Shown here: piece by piece, positions 38,233 to 50,712 of the stretch
How positions within the stretch are numbered: position 1 is the stretch's first letter
How the letters are laid out: every line of letters starts with the position of its first letter
Origin: Octopus bimaculoides
Lineage: Eukaryota
Assembly: GCF_001194135.2 (NCBI RefSeq)
Contig: NC_068991.1
Coordinates: 40,272,178 to 40,336,177, forward strand
Length of the DNA stretch: 64,000 nt
Direction: 5' to 3'
Notes under the pieces: generated by a model
Seen by the model: the letters and a program-made list of their open reading frames with translations, nothing else
Databases searched by the model: none
What the model was told of the DNA's origin: nothing
Program-made: the position numbers and the translations under genes

Positions 38233-39199
38233 AAAAGAAAAAGAATGCTTTTTTTTTTTACTTAAAATCTTATTATAAAAGGAACTAACACATGTACGCA
38301 TACACACACATATATGTATGTACAAAACAATTGATCACTTTAAAGTGTCCTGAGGAAGAACACATTGTAGGAACTCCATGAATTTCCAGAATTAATATAA
38401 TACCAGCCAGAATCTTCAGGATCCTAACTGATATTAACTGATATCAGTAAATAAAACTCACAAAAAAGAATATATGCCATAAGGGAGATGAGGAGAGGGG
38501 ACATGATTTCTAGTATTTTAAGCAGGTCCTTTTGTCTATGGATCTCATTGTAGAACTGATGGAAGAACTACAGCTATGTATAAATATATCATTTCATATC
38601 CATTTTCTATGCTGACAGTCTGACCAGATGCAGTGAGTCACAGGGCTGCACTGAGTTCCAATGTCAGCTTTGGCATATTCCTATGGCTTGATGTTCTTCC
38701 TAACACCAACCACATAATTCATTTTTTTTTTTTTGTGCCAACAACACTAATGAGACTGATAAGTCACTTGCTTAACAAAAAAAAAAAAACACTTGCTACT
38801 AAGTGGAGGGAAGGTGGCTTTATGCGAAGTGTTGAAAAGGGCAAGCATATAAAATTTGATAACTGTTATGAAGTGATTATGAAGAAAAATTGAGATGTGA
38901 GTGAAAAGCAGATTAGCAGAGCATAATTCTTTGAAAGTCATGGTGCTATTAATATTTACACAACAATTAAGAAATTAGACTTATGGTAAAGATTTATTGT
39001 AGTTGAGGTAATGAGCCGAAAAGTTTTAATTAATTAAAATTGGTGTTTATATTCTATATAAACAAATATTCTTTTTTACTAATTCATAAGATGCGTTCTG
39101 GTTTTATTATGCTGTATCTATTTTATATTGTTGAAGCTGGCCAAACTGGGCATTGTACAGATGTTTTAGGATAGACCTCTCTAGTGTCAACTACTATGT

Positions 39200-39233
<34 letters not shown>

Positions 39234-40222
39234 ATCTGTTTCCATGCATGCATGGGCCAGGCAGAATTCACTGAGACTGATTTTTAACAGCTTAATTCTC
39301 TTCCTATCACCAAGACTCAGGCAAGGTAATACTTCCCCATAGCTGGACATGGTTTTACAAAACACTGATGATGAATGGCACCACTTATAGAACAGTGACA
39401 CTTGTTTACAACCATCATGATGTTATGTCAAAGAAACACATACACACACAATTGAAGAGTTTTATATTGTAGGTACTTGGTGACCTCACTGGTGCTGGTA
39501 CCATGTAAAAAGTACCCAGTACACTGTTAAGTGGTTGGCATTAGGAAGGGCATCTAGCTTTAGAAACCATGCCAGCATGGAAAAGGGAATGTCAAATGAT
39601 GACAATATATATATATAATTTCTGTCTAGCAAGTCTTCTTATAAGGCTTTGGTGGAAGACGCTTGCCTATAGCATCACACAATAGGATTGAAACATGAAA
39701 CCATGTAGTTGGACAGTGAATTTCTTAACCACATAACCATGTCTGCTAAATACATTGTAGCAAAGTGAAGAGATGATTAGAAAGTTTAACTGAGTAAAAA
39801 GTATAAACCATTACAATTGCAATGCTGAATCTTTATAAAGGAAATATACCAGTTCAAGTATATACATTTTGAATTCTCATAAAACCCTGGTCCAATAGGA
39901 AAATCAATATTCTGGCAATGATCAATATAGCATGTTTCACACGAGTATATTACTATATTTCTAGCAAGATTGATCAAAGAATTAACCTCACCTTTTTTAC
40001 ACTGCCATTCAATTAGTGGCACATGTAAGAATTGAGGCATTTTTTTTCCTAAGTATATTATTTTTCTATTGTGTTAGGGCTATAAAGAGATGTCTGAGGA
40101 AGATCTGGTGATGGCTGCTTCTGTGTATATATAACTCATGCTTGCTTGCTTTTCATTTAAATATACATTCACCATTCTGTTTCTTATGCTGTTAAGAGGT
40201 AGCCAATATCAAGACCAAATAA

Positions 40223-40433
40223 GATGGCGAACTGGCAGAATTGTTACCAGGCCGGGCAAAATGCTTAGCGGCATTTCATCCATCTCTACTTTCTGAGTTC
40301 AAATTCTGCTGAGGTCAACTTTACCTTTCATCCTTTCAGGGTCGATAAAATAAATACCAGTTCAGCACTTGGGTCAATATAACTAACTTATCCCCTCCCC
40401 TGAAATTGCTGACCTTGTGCCAAAATTTGAAAT
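40223..40433 (+). mobile_element. tRNA-derived SINE, family A, with 19-bp target-site duplication
   Basis: caatatcaagaccaaataa (40204-40222) and caatattaagaccaaacaa (40434-40452), 2 mismatches. Confidence 0.9.
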
Positions 40434-40546
40434 CAATATTAAGACCAAACAAAGCAAGTTGAGAAATAATTCACAGATTTATCTAATCCAATATCTCAGA
40501 GAAATTGATACGATTCTCTTGTAGCTAACTCCCTACTGTATTAAAT

Positions 40547-40730
40547 TTAACCCTTTTGATACCACTTTCAATTCTATCATATAAACCTCCATCAAAATTT
40601 CATATTAAAGTACTAAATGCCAGCTTAATATTGACAAAGCTTTTTTTTTCACTAAATTCTTCATCATTTTCAAAATTAATTGAAATAAATGCAGTGTATT
40701 TCAACAGAAATATGCTAACAAAAGGGTTAA
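40547..40730 (-). mobile_element. piggyBac-type MITE, family P2
   Basis: TTAA|cccttttgatacca ... tgctaacaaaaggg|TTAA, both TTAA intact. Confidence 0.8.
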
Positions 40731-40829
40731 GATTTCTGCTGCTATTTATCTGTACAAAATTTGATGTAAATTCTTTTGGCATTTCATAAAAGCTATTGTA
40801 TTTCTCCTTACCCTGCTGTTAATTTAAAT

Positions 40830-41400
40830 AGAATCAATAGTTGCTACTAGTCAAAACCATATCCACTTGAGTCCACCTATATTTGAAGTAGTGATTCCTC
40901 CATTGATATCAAGTAACTAGTGCAATCAGCAGGACTAACTATTATTGATCACTCACTAAATATAAACTATATTTTTATCTTAAAATTTCATGTATCTTGA
41001 TATATTACCTATCTTTCGGTTGGTATAATTATAGAACTAAACTATTTTCTTTTGTTAACAATTCAAATGATGATCTTCATAGCTATAATTCACATCCTGT
41101 CAACAAAATCTAATTAGTTTATTTCCTACAAAGATAAAATTTTGATGGTTATTTTTTTATTGTTATCTTATTTTTTATTTCTAGTTTCACTGATGGTTAA
41201 ATTTAGCAGTATAGATTCAATTAAGCCTTCTTCTGAAATGGAATTTTTTTTTTTTGTTGCTTTTTGTTCCATTTTATTCAGCTGCAGATTTAATTCATCA
41301 AAAGCAACAATAGCATCTTCACCTGATTCCTTTGGAGGGTATTAATATCTTAGGATATTTGCTGCCTCTGAATTGTGTTCTTGTTTCACAACAATATTTT
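40830..41400 (-). pseudogene. Decayed protein-coding remnant, possibly LTR-retrotransposon gag-protease
   Basis: VKQEHNSEAANILRY*YPPKESGEDAIVAFDELNLQLNKMEQK..ISEEGLIESILLNL, then knuckle-like CEL(C)YEDHHLNC and W-F-x-D-x-V-A-T-like stretch; multiple stops. Confidence 0.35.
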
Positions 41401-42509
41401 TTACTCCAGTTCTACAAGCACTTTAATTGACAATTAAATATCACTGGTCAGAGAAAAATTAAAAATTCCTCTCTTGAGGTTAACATTTTAACTTGCGATT
41501 AATTCAAAATAACATTATGAGAAATCAGGTAACCTGAGGAAAACAGAAACCTAAGTTGAGAATAAATCTGGTTTTTAATTATGATTTCTGTTTGTTTTGT
41601 AACTTCTGTTATTTACTGCAACCATAAACATTAAAGACATTTATTTTTTGTGGTGTAGGGGTAGTCAGTGTTATTTGTAAAAAAAAAAAATAAAAAGTCA
41701 CAAATATTGATTCTAATAGAATTTGCCTGAAACTCCTACTTTATTTTGTCTAAACTGCAATCATTACAGTTACTGGCAATTCTGGAATTATTCTTTATTG
41801 AACACTGTTTAAAAGCCTCTGGAATTTTTATTTTTTTTTAATGATGAAATAATGCAACACTGCTGCTTCTCAAAAGAAAAAGAAAAAAAAACTGAGACTA
41901 ATGTAAGAGTTTACAATTACATGCATTTAGATTATGCTGATCAATATTTAATCTTCTTGATTATTCTGTAATTTGATATTTTGAGATGATAGAAATCTTC
42001 TTTCATAGATATGAAAAGCTGTTTTTAAACACTAAGCTATAACTTTTTTCCTGCTCTCAGAGTATATTGTGTTATATATTAAATGCAATATTTATTTCTA
42101 ACATTGATGCCTTCAGTAATGGAGTGTTCACAGAATCAGTTTCATTTTTGCTTTCTTTTTCTTTGTCTTTTACATATTCCCATTCCTTTTAAATGTAATG
42201 ATGTCTAATAATTACTGTATGTCAGTTGGAAATAGGACTTTTTTTTTTAACTCCTAATGCTTATTCTAAATAATATGTAATTTCAAAAGATTTCTTAGGT
42301 AAAACTAGTTTCTATGAACACTTAATGCAACTGGTGCCTTTGTGTTGTGTAGGTCATGAATGGATTGTATGTGTGTCACTACTGTTTACCATTACAAATA
42401 AAATAGTACATGATATAGGCTATTACAAATAAAATAGTAAATAATATAGGCTGACCTGAAAATATGTTCAAAGCTAAAACAAGAGTTGGATTATGTGCTA
42501 GAGTTACAC

Positions 42510-42569
42510 ATGGTTTGATGTTTCAAACTGAGTAATTATGCATTATTAACATTTCTTCATCAGTACCAT
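42510..42569 (-). ncRNA. Decayed hammerhead-like motif (Penelope-type layout)
   Basis: ATGGTA CTGATGA A GAAATG-19nt-CAGTTT GAAACATC A AACCAT; consistent with CpG decay of ...TTCGAAACGTC. Confidence 0.3.
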
Positions 42570-44039
42570 AGTATAATTCGGTATCCATACAAGATTGGCT
42601 GGACTACAATATTGTTTTGCTACAATTATTTTGATGTTTTGAATAGTAACTGAATTTTTCTGCAAATTAACAGAGTAATAAAATAATTTTGTGAATACAC
42701 ACATGGAAGGCAGGGTGGGATGTTTTTCTCTTTTTTTTTTTTTTTTTAATGCATTCTGGAGAATAAATGATGATTTTACAGATTATTATGGATGGCAACA
42801 CAGACATGATACAAATTATGCTAAGACAATAATTATTTATGTATTTAAACTAGATTTTCTTCTCTTTCTTACCTCTAACTAGCTCTCTCTCTCTCTCTCT
42901 ATCTCAAACGAGCCTACAGACAAGGAAGACATACGGACAGTTTATTTCTCTTTTTTTATGTATCTGTGAAGCTCATTGTGATAAAAGACAATATCACAGA
43001 TTAATATAGATCACAACACAGAGACATGATATTAAATTAAGCTTAAACAATTATCTATTTATCTACTTACACTAACATGCTGCCTCACTTAGTAAATGCA
43101 GTTGCTCAGTAACATGAGCTTGCCCTCTATGAACATTTTCTGTCTTAAGTATGACCAGCTGCCATTACTTTATCCTGACAGAAATTTTATGTGATCACAT
43201 GAGTGGTCCTGACTAGAGTGCCTTGGAACATAGTTCTTCAGTCATATTAAAGGCAACCTAACTAGAGAGGAAGTAATTCTGAATGTATTTCTACAGAGTG
43301 AGATATAGACTTGGAAAACTACAGTAAAGGCAGCCTGCCTAGAAAAAGAGTAACTCTACAAACTGATAGTGTATAGAGAGGACATTTTAAACCTGAAAGG
43401 CAACTTCTCTAGTGTGGGAGGTTTGATAGAATGCATCCAAACTATACTGTAAAGTGGATGGAGTTAGAAACAGCATCCAACCATGAAACCAAGCCAAAAT
43501 CATGACAATCATGAATGCAGTGAAAATTTCTAATTGAGTATACAGGACAATCATTCACTATGTCAATTCTGCTCACTGTAGTGAAGTTGTCAGTTGGGAA
43601 TATTTGGCAATGTGTGAGAAGCCTTTGACCATCATCAAATGATTGCACCAACTTTCTACTTTCTTGATGTAGAAAACAGGTGAAACAACCTAACCATGAC
43701 TGGGAACTTTATTCTTACAAAATTTCTTGGCTGCTGTAATCAACATTGGCACAGTGGAAAGTAGTTTAGGAGAAATTGCAAAGATGTTTGTGTGGATGCA
43801 AGTAGATGTATACTGTGTAGAATAGAGGGTGGGGTTTGACCAATGTCTTCACCAGCAAAGAACAATGGATAAGCTAGAGCAAATGAGATAATAAGGAAAT
43901 GTGAGGAGAGTTAAATTTAAACTAATCATAGGTAATACAACATCAAAAGTGATCTCTTTATGTCTTTCCAATAAGGACTAACACATAAACAAAAAAGACT
44001 ATTTCCATAGAGTACCTAGATAACAAATGAAAACAGCTT

Positions 44040-44290
44040 CATTACTACAGCTAATGACTTTAATGGACATATTGCATAACACTGTGATGGCTGTTCCAGT
44101 ATCCACGGAGGTTTTGGTACATGGAATGAAGAGAGATCAAGGCTCCTAACCATTTGCAATGCTAACTTCAGGAAACCTGCCAACCACCTGACTCTTAATT
44201 ACCTACCAAACAGGTGAATATGCAAACCAGGTTGTCCATAACCACTAGGAAATGGAACAGACAGTTGATTATGAATACTAACTCTGGTAA
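44040..44290 (+). pseudogene. RTE AP-endonuclease remnant
   Basis: TANDFNGHIA*HCDGCSSIHGGFGTWNEERSRLL-TICNANFRKPANHL matches RTE GDFNGHVG...HGGxG...RNxEGxRLL...ICNTxFxK...HL. Confidence 0.6.
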
Positions 44291-45868
44291 TAGACAGTGT
44301 GAAATAGAAAATGATGGGGCAGAGAGTCTACAGATTTTTGATTTCTCATATGAGAGAGTGATATACCCATAAATTTGTTAAATATTTCGTATGATCCTTT
44401 CAGATTTTCTATGAAGCATAATTTCTCTCCTTGTAATTTTTAGTGTTTATTTTGTTGTTTTTTTTAAGGGTGGGGATGTTCAGAAAAAGCAATTTAAATT
44501 TGTTAGTTAAACAAGATACAGATTAGACACTCAAGCAACTATCTGTATTACTAACTTCTTCATTCAAATATTATCATTTAATTTAATCAGCAGCATTTTG
44601 TAAAACATCACATGTCCATTAGATTTTGTTAATGAGATAGTGAAGATTAATTTAAATTAAAACCATATTCTAATCTACAAATATGTAATTTACAAAAGTA
44701 ATTTACTTTGAAAAATCAGAATTTTATAATATATCAGCAAACTTTATAATATTCACTGGCTGAAATGGAAATTACATTTTAATTACTTAAAAAAGAAAAT
44801 GTTGGTGAAATTTTCAGCCTGTTATTTTTAATGTTAGCAAAATGGTTAATATAATTAGATAACTAGGAGAGGTAATTCATTGAACTCACATTTAAGAATT
44901 AGAAGCAGAAATATCTGTACAAATAATTAAGAGAAACAACGCCTGTAAATTCTGATGTTATAATTAAATACATTCAAATAGTATTGTTGCTTCACACATT
45001 TTCTCATTCCATATAAATCAATACCCTTTGACCTTTTCATTACTATACACCTAACTAAATTACACCCCAACGTCTTTCAATTAATTTCCACATTAATTGT
45101 GATTTTAGACTGGTTTCATAAAATAATTATAACATTTTATTTATTAATATATCAATATGATGTTTCAAATAAAAACAAACATTTCTCTCATAAGTCTATT
45201 ATGAAATTCATCTTCTCTGATAACTGGTAAGTAAAGGTAAAATATAAATTGAATTTGTTGCCAATATTATATCAGGAAGCTTACTAAATGCTCATATTTT
45301 TGGCAAATAGACCCTGGTTATGACCCAGTTTGTTCTTTCCTTAAGTTTATATTTTCTGTAACAAATAGACTCTGATGCATTATAATAGCTCTTAAAACCC
45401 TGAACCACAAATATCCACAGGTGTCACTAAATCTAAAAATGCATGAAACCGCAGTTCTAATAGCATTGCCGTTTAAGGCTTCTGGGTGAGAAACAAAGTT
45501 TAGTATCATTTAAGAATGAACTTCTTGTCAAAAGACTTCCTATTTGCATCGTTTTTGTTTTTATCAAATAAATATTTCTGGATGTTTTCTTACTTTGGTT
45601 TTCAAGCATAATGGCAGTTTATACCTCAACCAGTGAGTTAGAATTCAATAGCTTTAATTAATGATTTGATTTTAAAAAGAGAGCTTTGATTTAGAGAAAA
45701 TAGTGAAATTTCTGTAGCATCTTTGCTTTCGTTAATGAATGGTAATGATGGGGGGAGGGGAATATGAGCATCAATTTACTGATATATATTTTAAATGTAG
45801 GATCTCTGCATTCTGGTGGGATTATGAAGATAGGGTAATTATTGTAACAAGTAAGTAACACTAATAGT

Positions 45869-46368
45869 TATCGTCATCATCATTTAATGCCTGTTTTCCA
45901 TACTGGCATGGATTGGATGGTTTGACAGGAGCTGATCAGCTGAAGGGCTGTTCAGACACCCTGTCTGTTTTGGCATAGTTTCTATGGCTGGATGCCCTTC
46001 CTAATGCCAACCACTTTACGGATTGTACTATGTGTTATTACGTAGCACCAGCTCAGGTGCATTTAAGTGACACTAGCACTTATGAGTCCACAACATTAGG
46101 GATGCTCAGCTGGAGAGGGTTGCAGGGGATGAGCTTGTATGCAAGGACAACCATGCTTTTACTTAGCTTGACATGTCTTTTGAAGCACAGCAAACCATCA
46201 GAAGTCTCAGTCCCTTGTCATCCTTTCTGTGAGTCCCAACGTCTGTAGATCCTTTCTCACCACTTTGTTAAATGTCTTCCTGGATCTACTCCTTCCACAT
46301 GTTCCCTCTACATTTAGAGATTGGCACCTCTTCATGCAACCATCTTCATTCATACACGTTACATGGCC
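45869..46368 (-). mobile_element. RTE LINE 3' fragment (ORF2 C-terminus plus tail)
   Basis: (CAT)n ttaatgcctgttttccatactggcatgg tail, gctggatgcccttcctaatgccaaccac, ORF-end homology to 12432-12560. Confidence 0.8.
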
Positions 46369-47109
46369 TCTTTTCCTAATGGGAGTTTTGCAACTTAACT
46401 TCCAAGATAGATATTAACTGGAGCACCAACTCAGCCTTGAGACAGGAAAGGATGTAATTATACTTCTAATGATCTTTGTATAATCAACTTGACTGTATTC
46501 AACTACTTTGGCAAGTGAAAGTAACATGAGAAAAGCTAATAACCACATTCACAATGTACACTAACAAACATAAATTGCCACAGCAAATTTTATTCAAATT
46601 TAAGCAGCAGTTATATTATTATGATTTTAACTGGACTAACTACGTTTCATCAAGATCTAATTTCTAACAGGATGGAGAGATTTACATAGATAAAGCACTA
46701 CAGGAATTTAAAAGATAAATACTAGAATTGGAATAAACAAAAATAGTTAATCAATGGGTCTTGAGCAGGGGGATAACAGAAAAGTTTGAAAGAGAAATAC
46801 TTTAAACCATTCTCTTTCTGGAAATCATTGTTTTCACTGCAGCTGTCCAGCAGTGTTTACACACTGGAATATTCAAACATCCTGTTTCAAGTTCACCATA
46901 TGTTATTTTTTACATATATTTATTTTTTTCTATTTTCTGCATTCAAAAATTAAATTCAAATTCAGGGTCATTATTGCTGAAACTAGAGCTTTTCTAATTT
47001 TACATAATTTAAAGAACAGAACAGCACATAATAGAAATATGAGGTGATGGTGGTTTGGCAAAATAGCAGAAATATTTAGAAAACAAAATTCTTGTTTAGA
47101 AATGCTGAA

Positions 47110-47390
47110 CATCATCATTGTTTTAACATCCACTTTTCCATAATTGCATGGGTCAAATGGAATTTATTAAGGCAGAATTTCTATGGTTTGATGTCCTTCC
47201 TTTTGCACACTCTCATTTGTTTCCAACCAAGGCAATATTTTTCCATGACTGGACATTTTTACAGAAGACTGGAAATTGATGACACCACTTGTGTAATGGT
47301 GACACACATTTACAACTATTGTGATGTGAAGACAAGAGGGTGCAAATGTACCACATACACCTACGACAAGCTTGCTGATTCAACCACAAC
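47110..47390 (-). mobile_element. SINE 3' half with RTE-type tail
   Basis: catcatcattgttttaacatccacttttccataattgcatgggtc, reverse of the 3960-4112 type. Confidence 0.55.
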
Positions 47391-47409
47391 CATTATTGCG
47401 TTATATAAG

Positions 47410-47627
47410 ATGGTGAGCTAGCAAAAATCGTAAGCATGCCAGACAAAATGCTTAGCAGTATTTCATTTGTCTTTATGTTCTGAGTTCAAATTCTGCCAAG
47501 GTTGACTTTGCTTTTATCATTTCAGGGTCAATGAAATAAGTACCAGTTGAGCACTAGAGTTGAGATAATCAATTAGTCCCCTTGCCCAAAATTTCAGGCT
47601 TTGCACTTGTATTAAAAAGGATTATTA
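47410..47627 (+). mobile_element. tRNA-derived SINE, family A
   Basis: atggtgagctagcaaaaatcgtaagc head, tgagttcaaattc B-box. Confidence 0.8.
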
Positions 47628-47689
47628 ATGTATTATATGATTTGAAATATATTTTTCTAATTTCTGTATGTGATTTCCTTTTTTTCCAG

Positions 47690-47748
47690 ATTTCAATGTA
47701 TTAACCTTGCTAAAGACTCATGAGTGCAAACAAAAGTTGATAGTTTAG
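47690..47748 (+). other. Candidate 59-nt exon (DFNVLTLLKTHECKQKLIV* in the only long frame)
   Basis: tttccttttttttccag acceptor and consensus ag|gtaagt donor. Confidence 0.3.
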
Positions 47749-48574
47749 GTAAGTTATCTTAGCAGTTATTAATTATTTTCTCTTTCTTATAAAAAAAAAA
47801 AAACAAAAAAAACAGATGCAATCAATCTAAATGGGCTAAGTACTGGACCATTGATCAAAACTTCCAGTTGGTCTCTTTGGCAAAGCATATTAATTGTCCT
47901 AAACTAAAATAATAAATATACAGCTCAACTGAGTAGCTAATATAATTAGAATAAACATATCTGTAGGCATTGCTTCTGTAATTCAGACAGTTGTCTGAAT
48001 TTTCAGAACATTCTTGAATTGTTTTCTTTTTTTTTTTAATGAATAAAGATAATATAAAATATAATTGTAAAATATTATAAAGAAATAGAATTGATTATTT
48101 CTGAAATAAAAAGCTTTTTTTTTAACAAGTGTTTTATAACAATTTCAATCAAACTAGTGCAATTACTTGAATATTATATTTTTAAAAATCTTCTTCGATT
48201 ATTCATTTTCTATGTCATAGATTAACCAAAATGCTGTTCTATTGTGTAAAACTGGAACATATTTATTTCACATTACTGCAGAAGTACCTTTCTGGAAACT
48301 AATGTTTTTAGATACTAAGCAATAATGTGAAATTTTTTTTTTTTTTTTGACTGTGAATATGAATAGGGATTCCCCCCCCCCCTCCATGTGTATTCCACTT
48401 ATGAATTAAATCAGACTGATAACATTTTTACAATCTTTTTTCCATGTTTTATTAAATAACTCACTTATTGTTTTACACCATCTGTTGCACTTACAAGTCA
48501 ATAGACAGGCTCTTAAATGAAATTAAACTTATTTTTTTCTATTGCAAGATTATTTATTTCATTGCTTATATTAT

Positions 48575-48606
<32 letters not shown>

Positions 48607-48893
48607 NNNNNNNNNNNNNNNNNNNNNNNNNNNNNNNNNNNNNNNNNNNNNNNNNNNNNNNNNNNNNNNNNNNNNNNNNNNNNNNNNNNNNNNNNNNNNN
48701 NNNNNNNNNNNNNNNNNNNNNNNNNNNNNNNNNNNNNNNNNNNNNNNNNNNNNNNNNNNNNNNNNNNNNNNNNNNNNNNNNNNNNNNNNNNNNNNNNNNN
48801 NNNNNNNNNNNNNNNNNNNNNNNNNNNNNNNNNNNNNNNNNNNNNNNNNNNNNNNNNNNNNNNNNNNNNNNNNNNNNNNNNNNNNNNNNNNNN
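48607..48893. other. Assembly gap (287 N) inside (TA)n
   Basis: N run. Confidence 1.
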
Positions 48894-48908
48894 ATATATA
48901 TATATATA

Positions 48909-49080
48909 CATGGGAGAATGTACGAAAAAACAACAACAGACGAGGACAGGTGGTGTAAACAACAAAAGGATGTATTAGTATGACGCTCGGGAATACGGAA
49001 AGTCTTTAACGTTTCGAGCTACGCTCTTCAACAGAAAGAATACAGAGACAAGGAGAAAAACACAGAGAAAAAAAATTGAA
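48909..49080 (-). mobile_element. Penelope-like element terminus (CpG-rich, apparently young)
   Basis: Minimal hammerhead-like motif followed by a short U-rich tail running into (TA)n; many CpGs retained. Confidence 0.55.
49003..49039 (-). ncRNA. Minimal type-I hammerhead ribozyme-like motif, CUGUUGA core variant
   Basis: TCTTT CTGTTGA A GAGC-GTA-GCTC GAAA CG TT AAAGA: perfect 5-bp stem I, 4-bp stem II, ACGT palindromic stem III. Confidence 0.6.
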
Positions 49081-49686
49081 TAGTGTTCAGTCAGTCATTC
49101 CCTGCAACTACAGTATTTACTTGAAACCCACTTACATTACAGTATAATAACACAATGTCGTGTCTGATTCAAACAAATGCAAAGCATACATCCTTATCAA
49201 AGTAGTTATATGGACCAGTAATTCACTATATCTAACAATGTACTGAATTGCCAGTATACTCCTGTTAAACACCAAATAATTAGACTGACACATGCCTTTC
49301 AAATCCACTTTGTGTTCTTGTAGTGGCCACCACTTTAAATTCTTGAACTCAATTGGTAAATTAAAATAATATGTTGTCACACTACACTCCACAGAGCCAT
49401 GCACTTCAAATGGTGTAGAATATCAAAATAAAGCATTTGTTTTGTTTTCTAGACACTCTATGAGTGGGTTAACTGCCTACCATTAAATTTGTAGAGAGTA
49501 AAAATTCTTAGCATCCCATACAAACTGGTCATTTTCGGTACCTTAACATATTACAAATTTTTTTTTTAATTACAAAATACTCAGCCAATTGCCATTGATA
49601 CAATTTTTACCTAGTTCAAGTAAATTTGATACCAATCTGCAGAGGTACATTAGTGATGAGCCAGTGAATAGCTTTTATGTATTCAC

Positions 49687-49870
49687 TTAACCTGCGAGAA
49701 ACAGTAACCAAATTTCCCTCAAACTACACCTTACAGTCTTGAATAGGGAAGAATATTTTGGGTAATGTACTCATAAATACACAATACCTACGCAAGTAAA
49801 GGGGAATGGTTTTGGTTAGAACACATTTGATCACAAGTCTACTTAGGGCTGATTTGGGGCAACGACAACT
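49687..49870 (+). mobile_element. Dispersed repeat fragment (family C)
   Basis: cctgcgagaaacagtaaccaaatttccctcaaactacacc...gctgatttggggcaacgacaac. Confidence 0.45.
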
Positions 49871-50492
49871 GCATCAGTTTTTCTTAGAATATACCAATTC
49901 TGCTTACCCTGGCAACAACTCTCTTTTATTTTTCCTTGTCACCAGCCACTTAAAACACAGTCTCTAGGGATCAGTGTTATAATTCATTAGCTGACTTCTA
50001 TTCACATACTGTAGTCATAGATAACAAACACAGTGAGGCATAAGTCTACAAAATTAAAACTTTATGCATTGCATGACCATATCAAGAAAAAAAAATATAC
50101 CCACTGACAATCAAAACCTGTTATATGACAACAAAATAAAAATTGTATGAAATACGGAAGAATGTGCAATAATTTCAAACCAGACTTAATTCCCAATCTC
50201 CAAGTCACTTCAAATATGCATCTGCTCAAACTGGACAGACAAAGGATATTTAACAATGCAGTTATTAGTCTCACTGTGGCAGCAGAAGAGGATATTTTGG
50301 AAAATATTTTATTTTAAGGCTTCTTGCTATTGTTTATACTTATTCTCTTCATTAAATAATATTGGTTTGTAATAAAGATTATCTTAAAATGAGGTGGATT
50401 TATCAATTACATGCTGTAGCAACTGTTCTTAAACCAACTGGTACTATCTGTTTCTCAAGGTCATAAGCTACACCCCTAGTGTAATCCAATAA

Positions 50493-50712
50493 AATATTGG
50501 TTTCAAATTTTGGCACAAGGCCAGCAATTTTGAGAGAGCAGGTAAGTTGATTACATCAACCCCATTATTCAACTGGTTCTTATTTTATTGACCTCGAAAG
50601 GATGAAACAGAGTGTCGACCTCAGTTGAATTTAAACTCGGAATGTAGAGATAGTAGAAATGTCACTAAGCATTCTGTCTGGCGTGGTAACAGTTCTACTA
50701 GCTTGCCGCCTT
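50493..50712 (-). mobile_element. tRNA-derived SINE, family A
   Basis: Reverse of aaggcggcaagctagtagaactgttacc...ccttgtgccaaaatttgaaaccaatatt. Confidence 0.85.
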
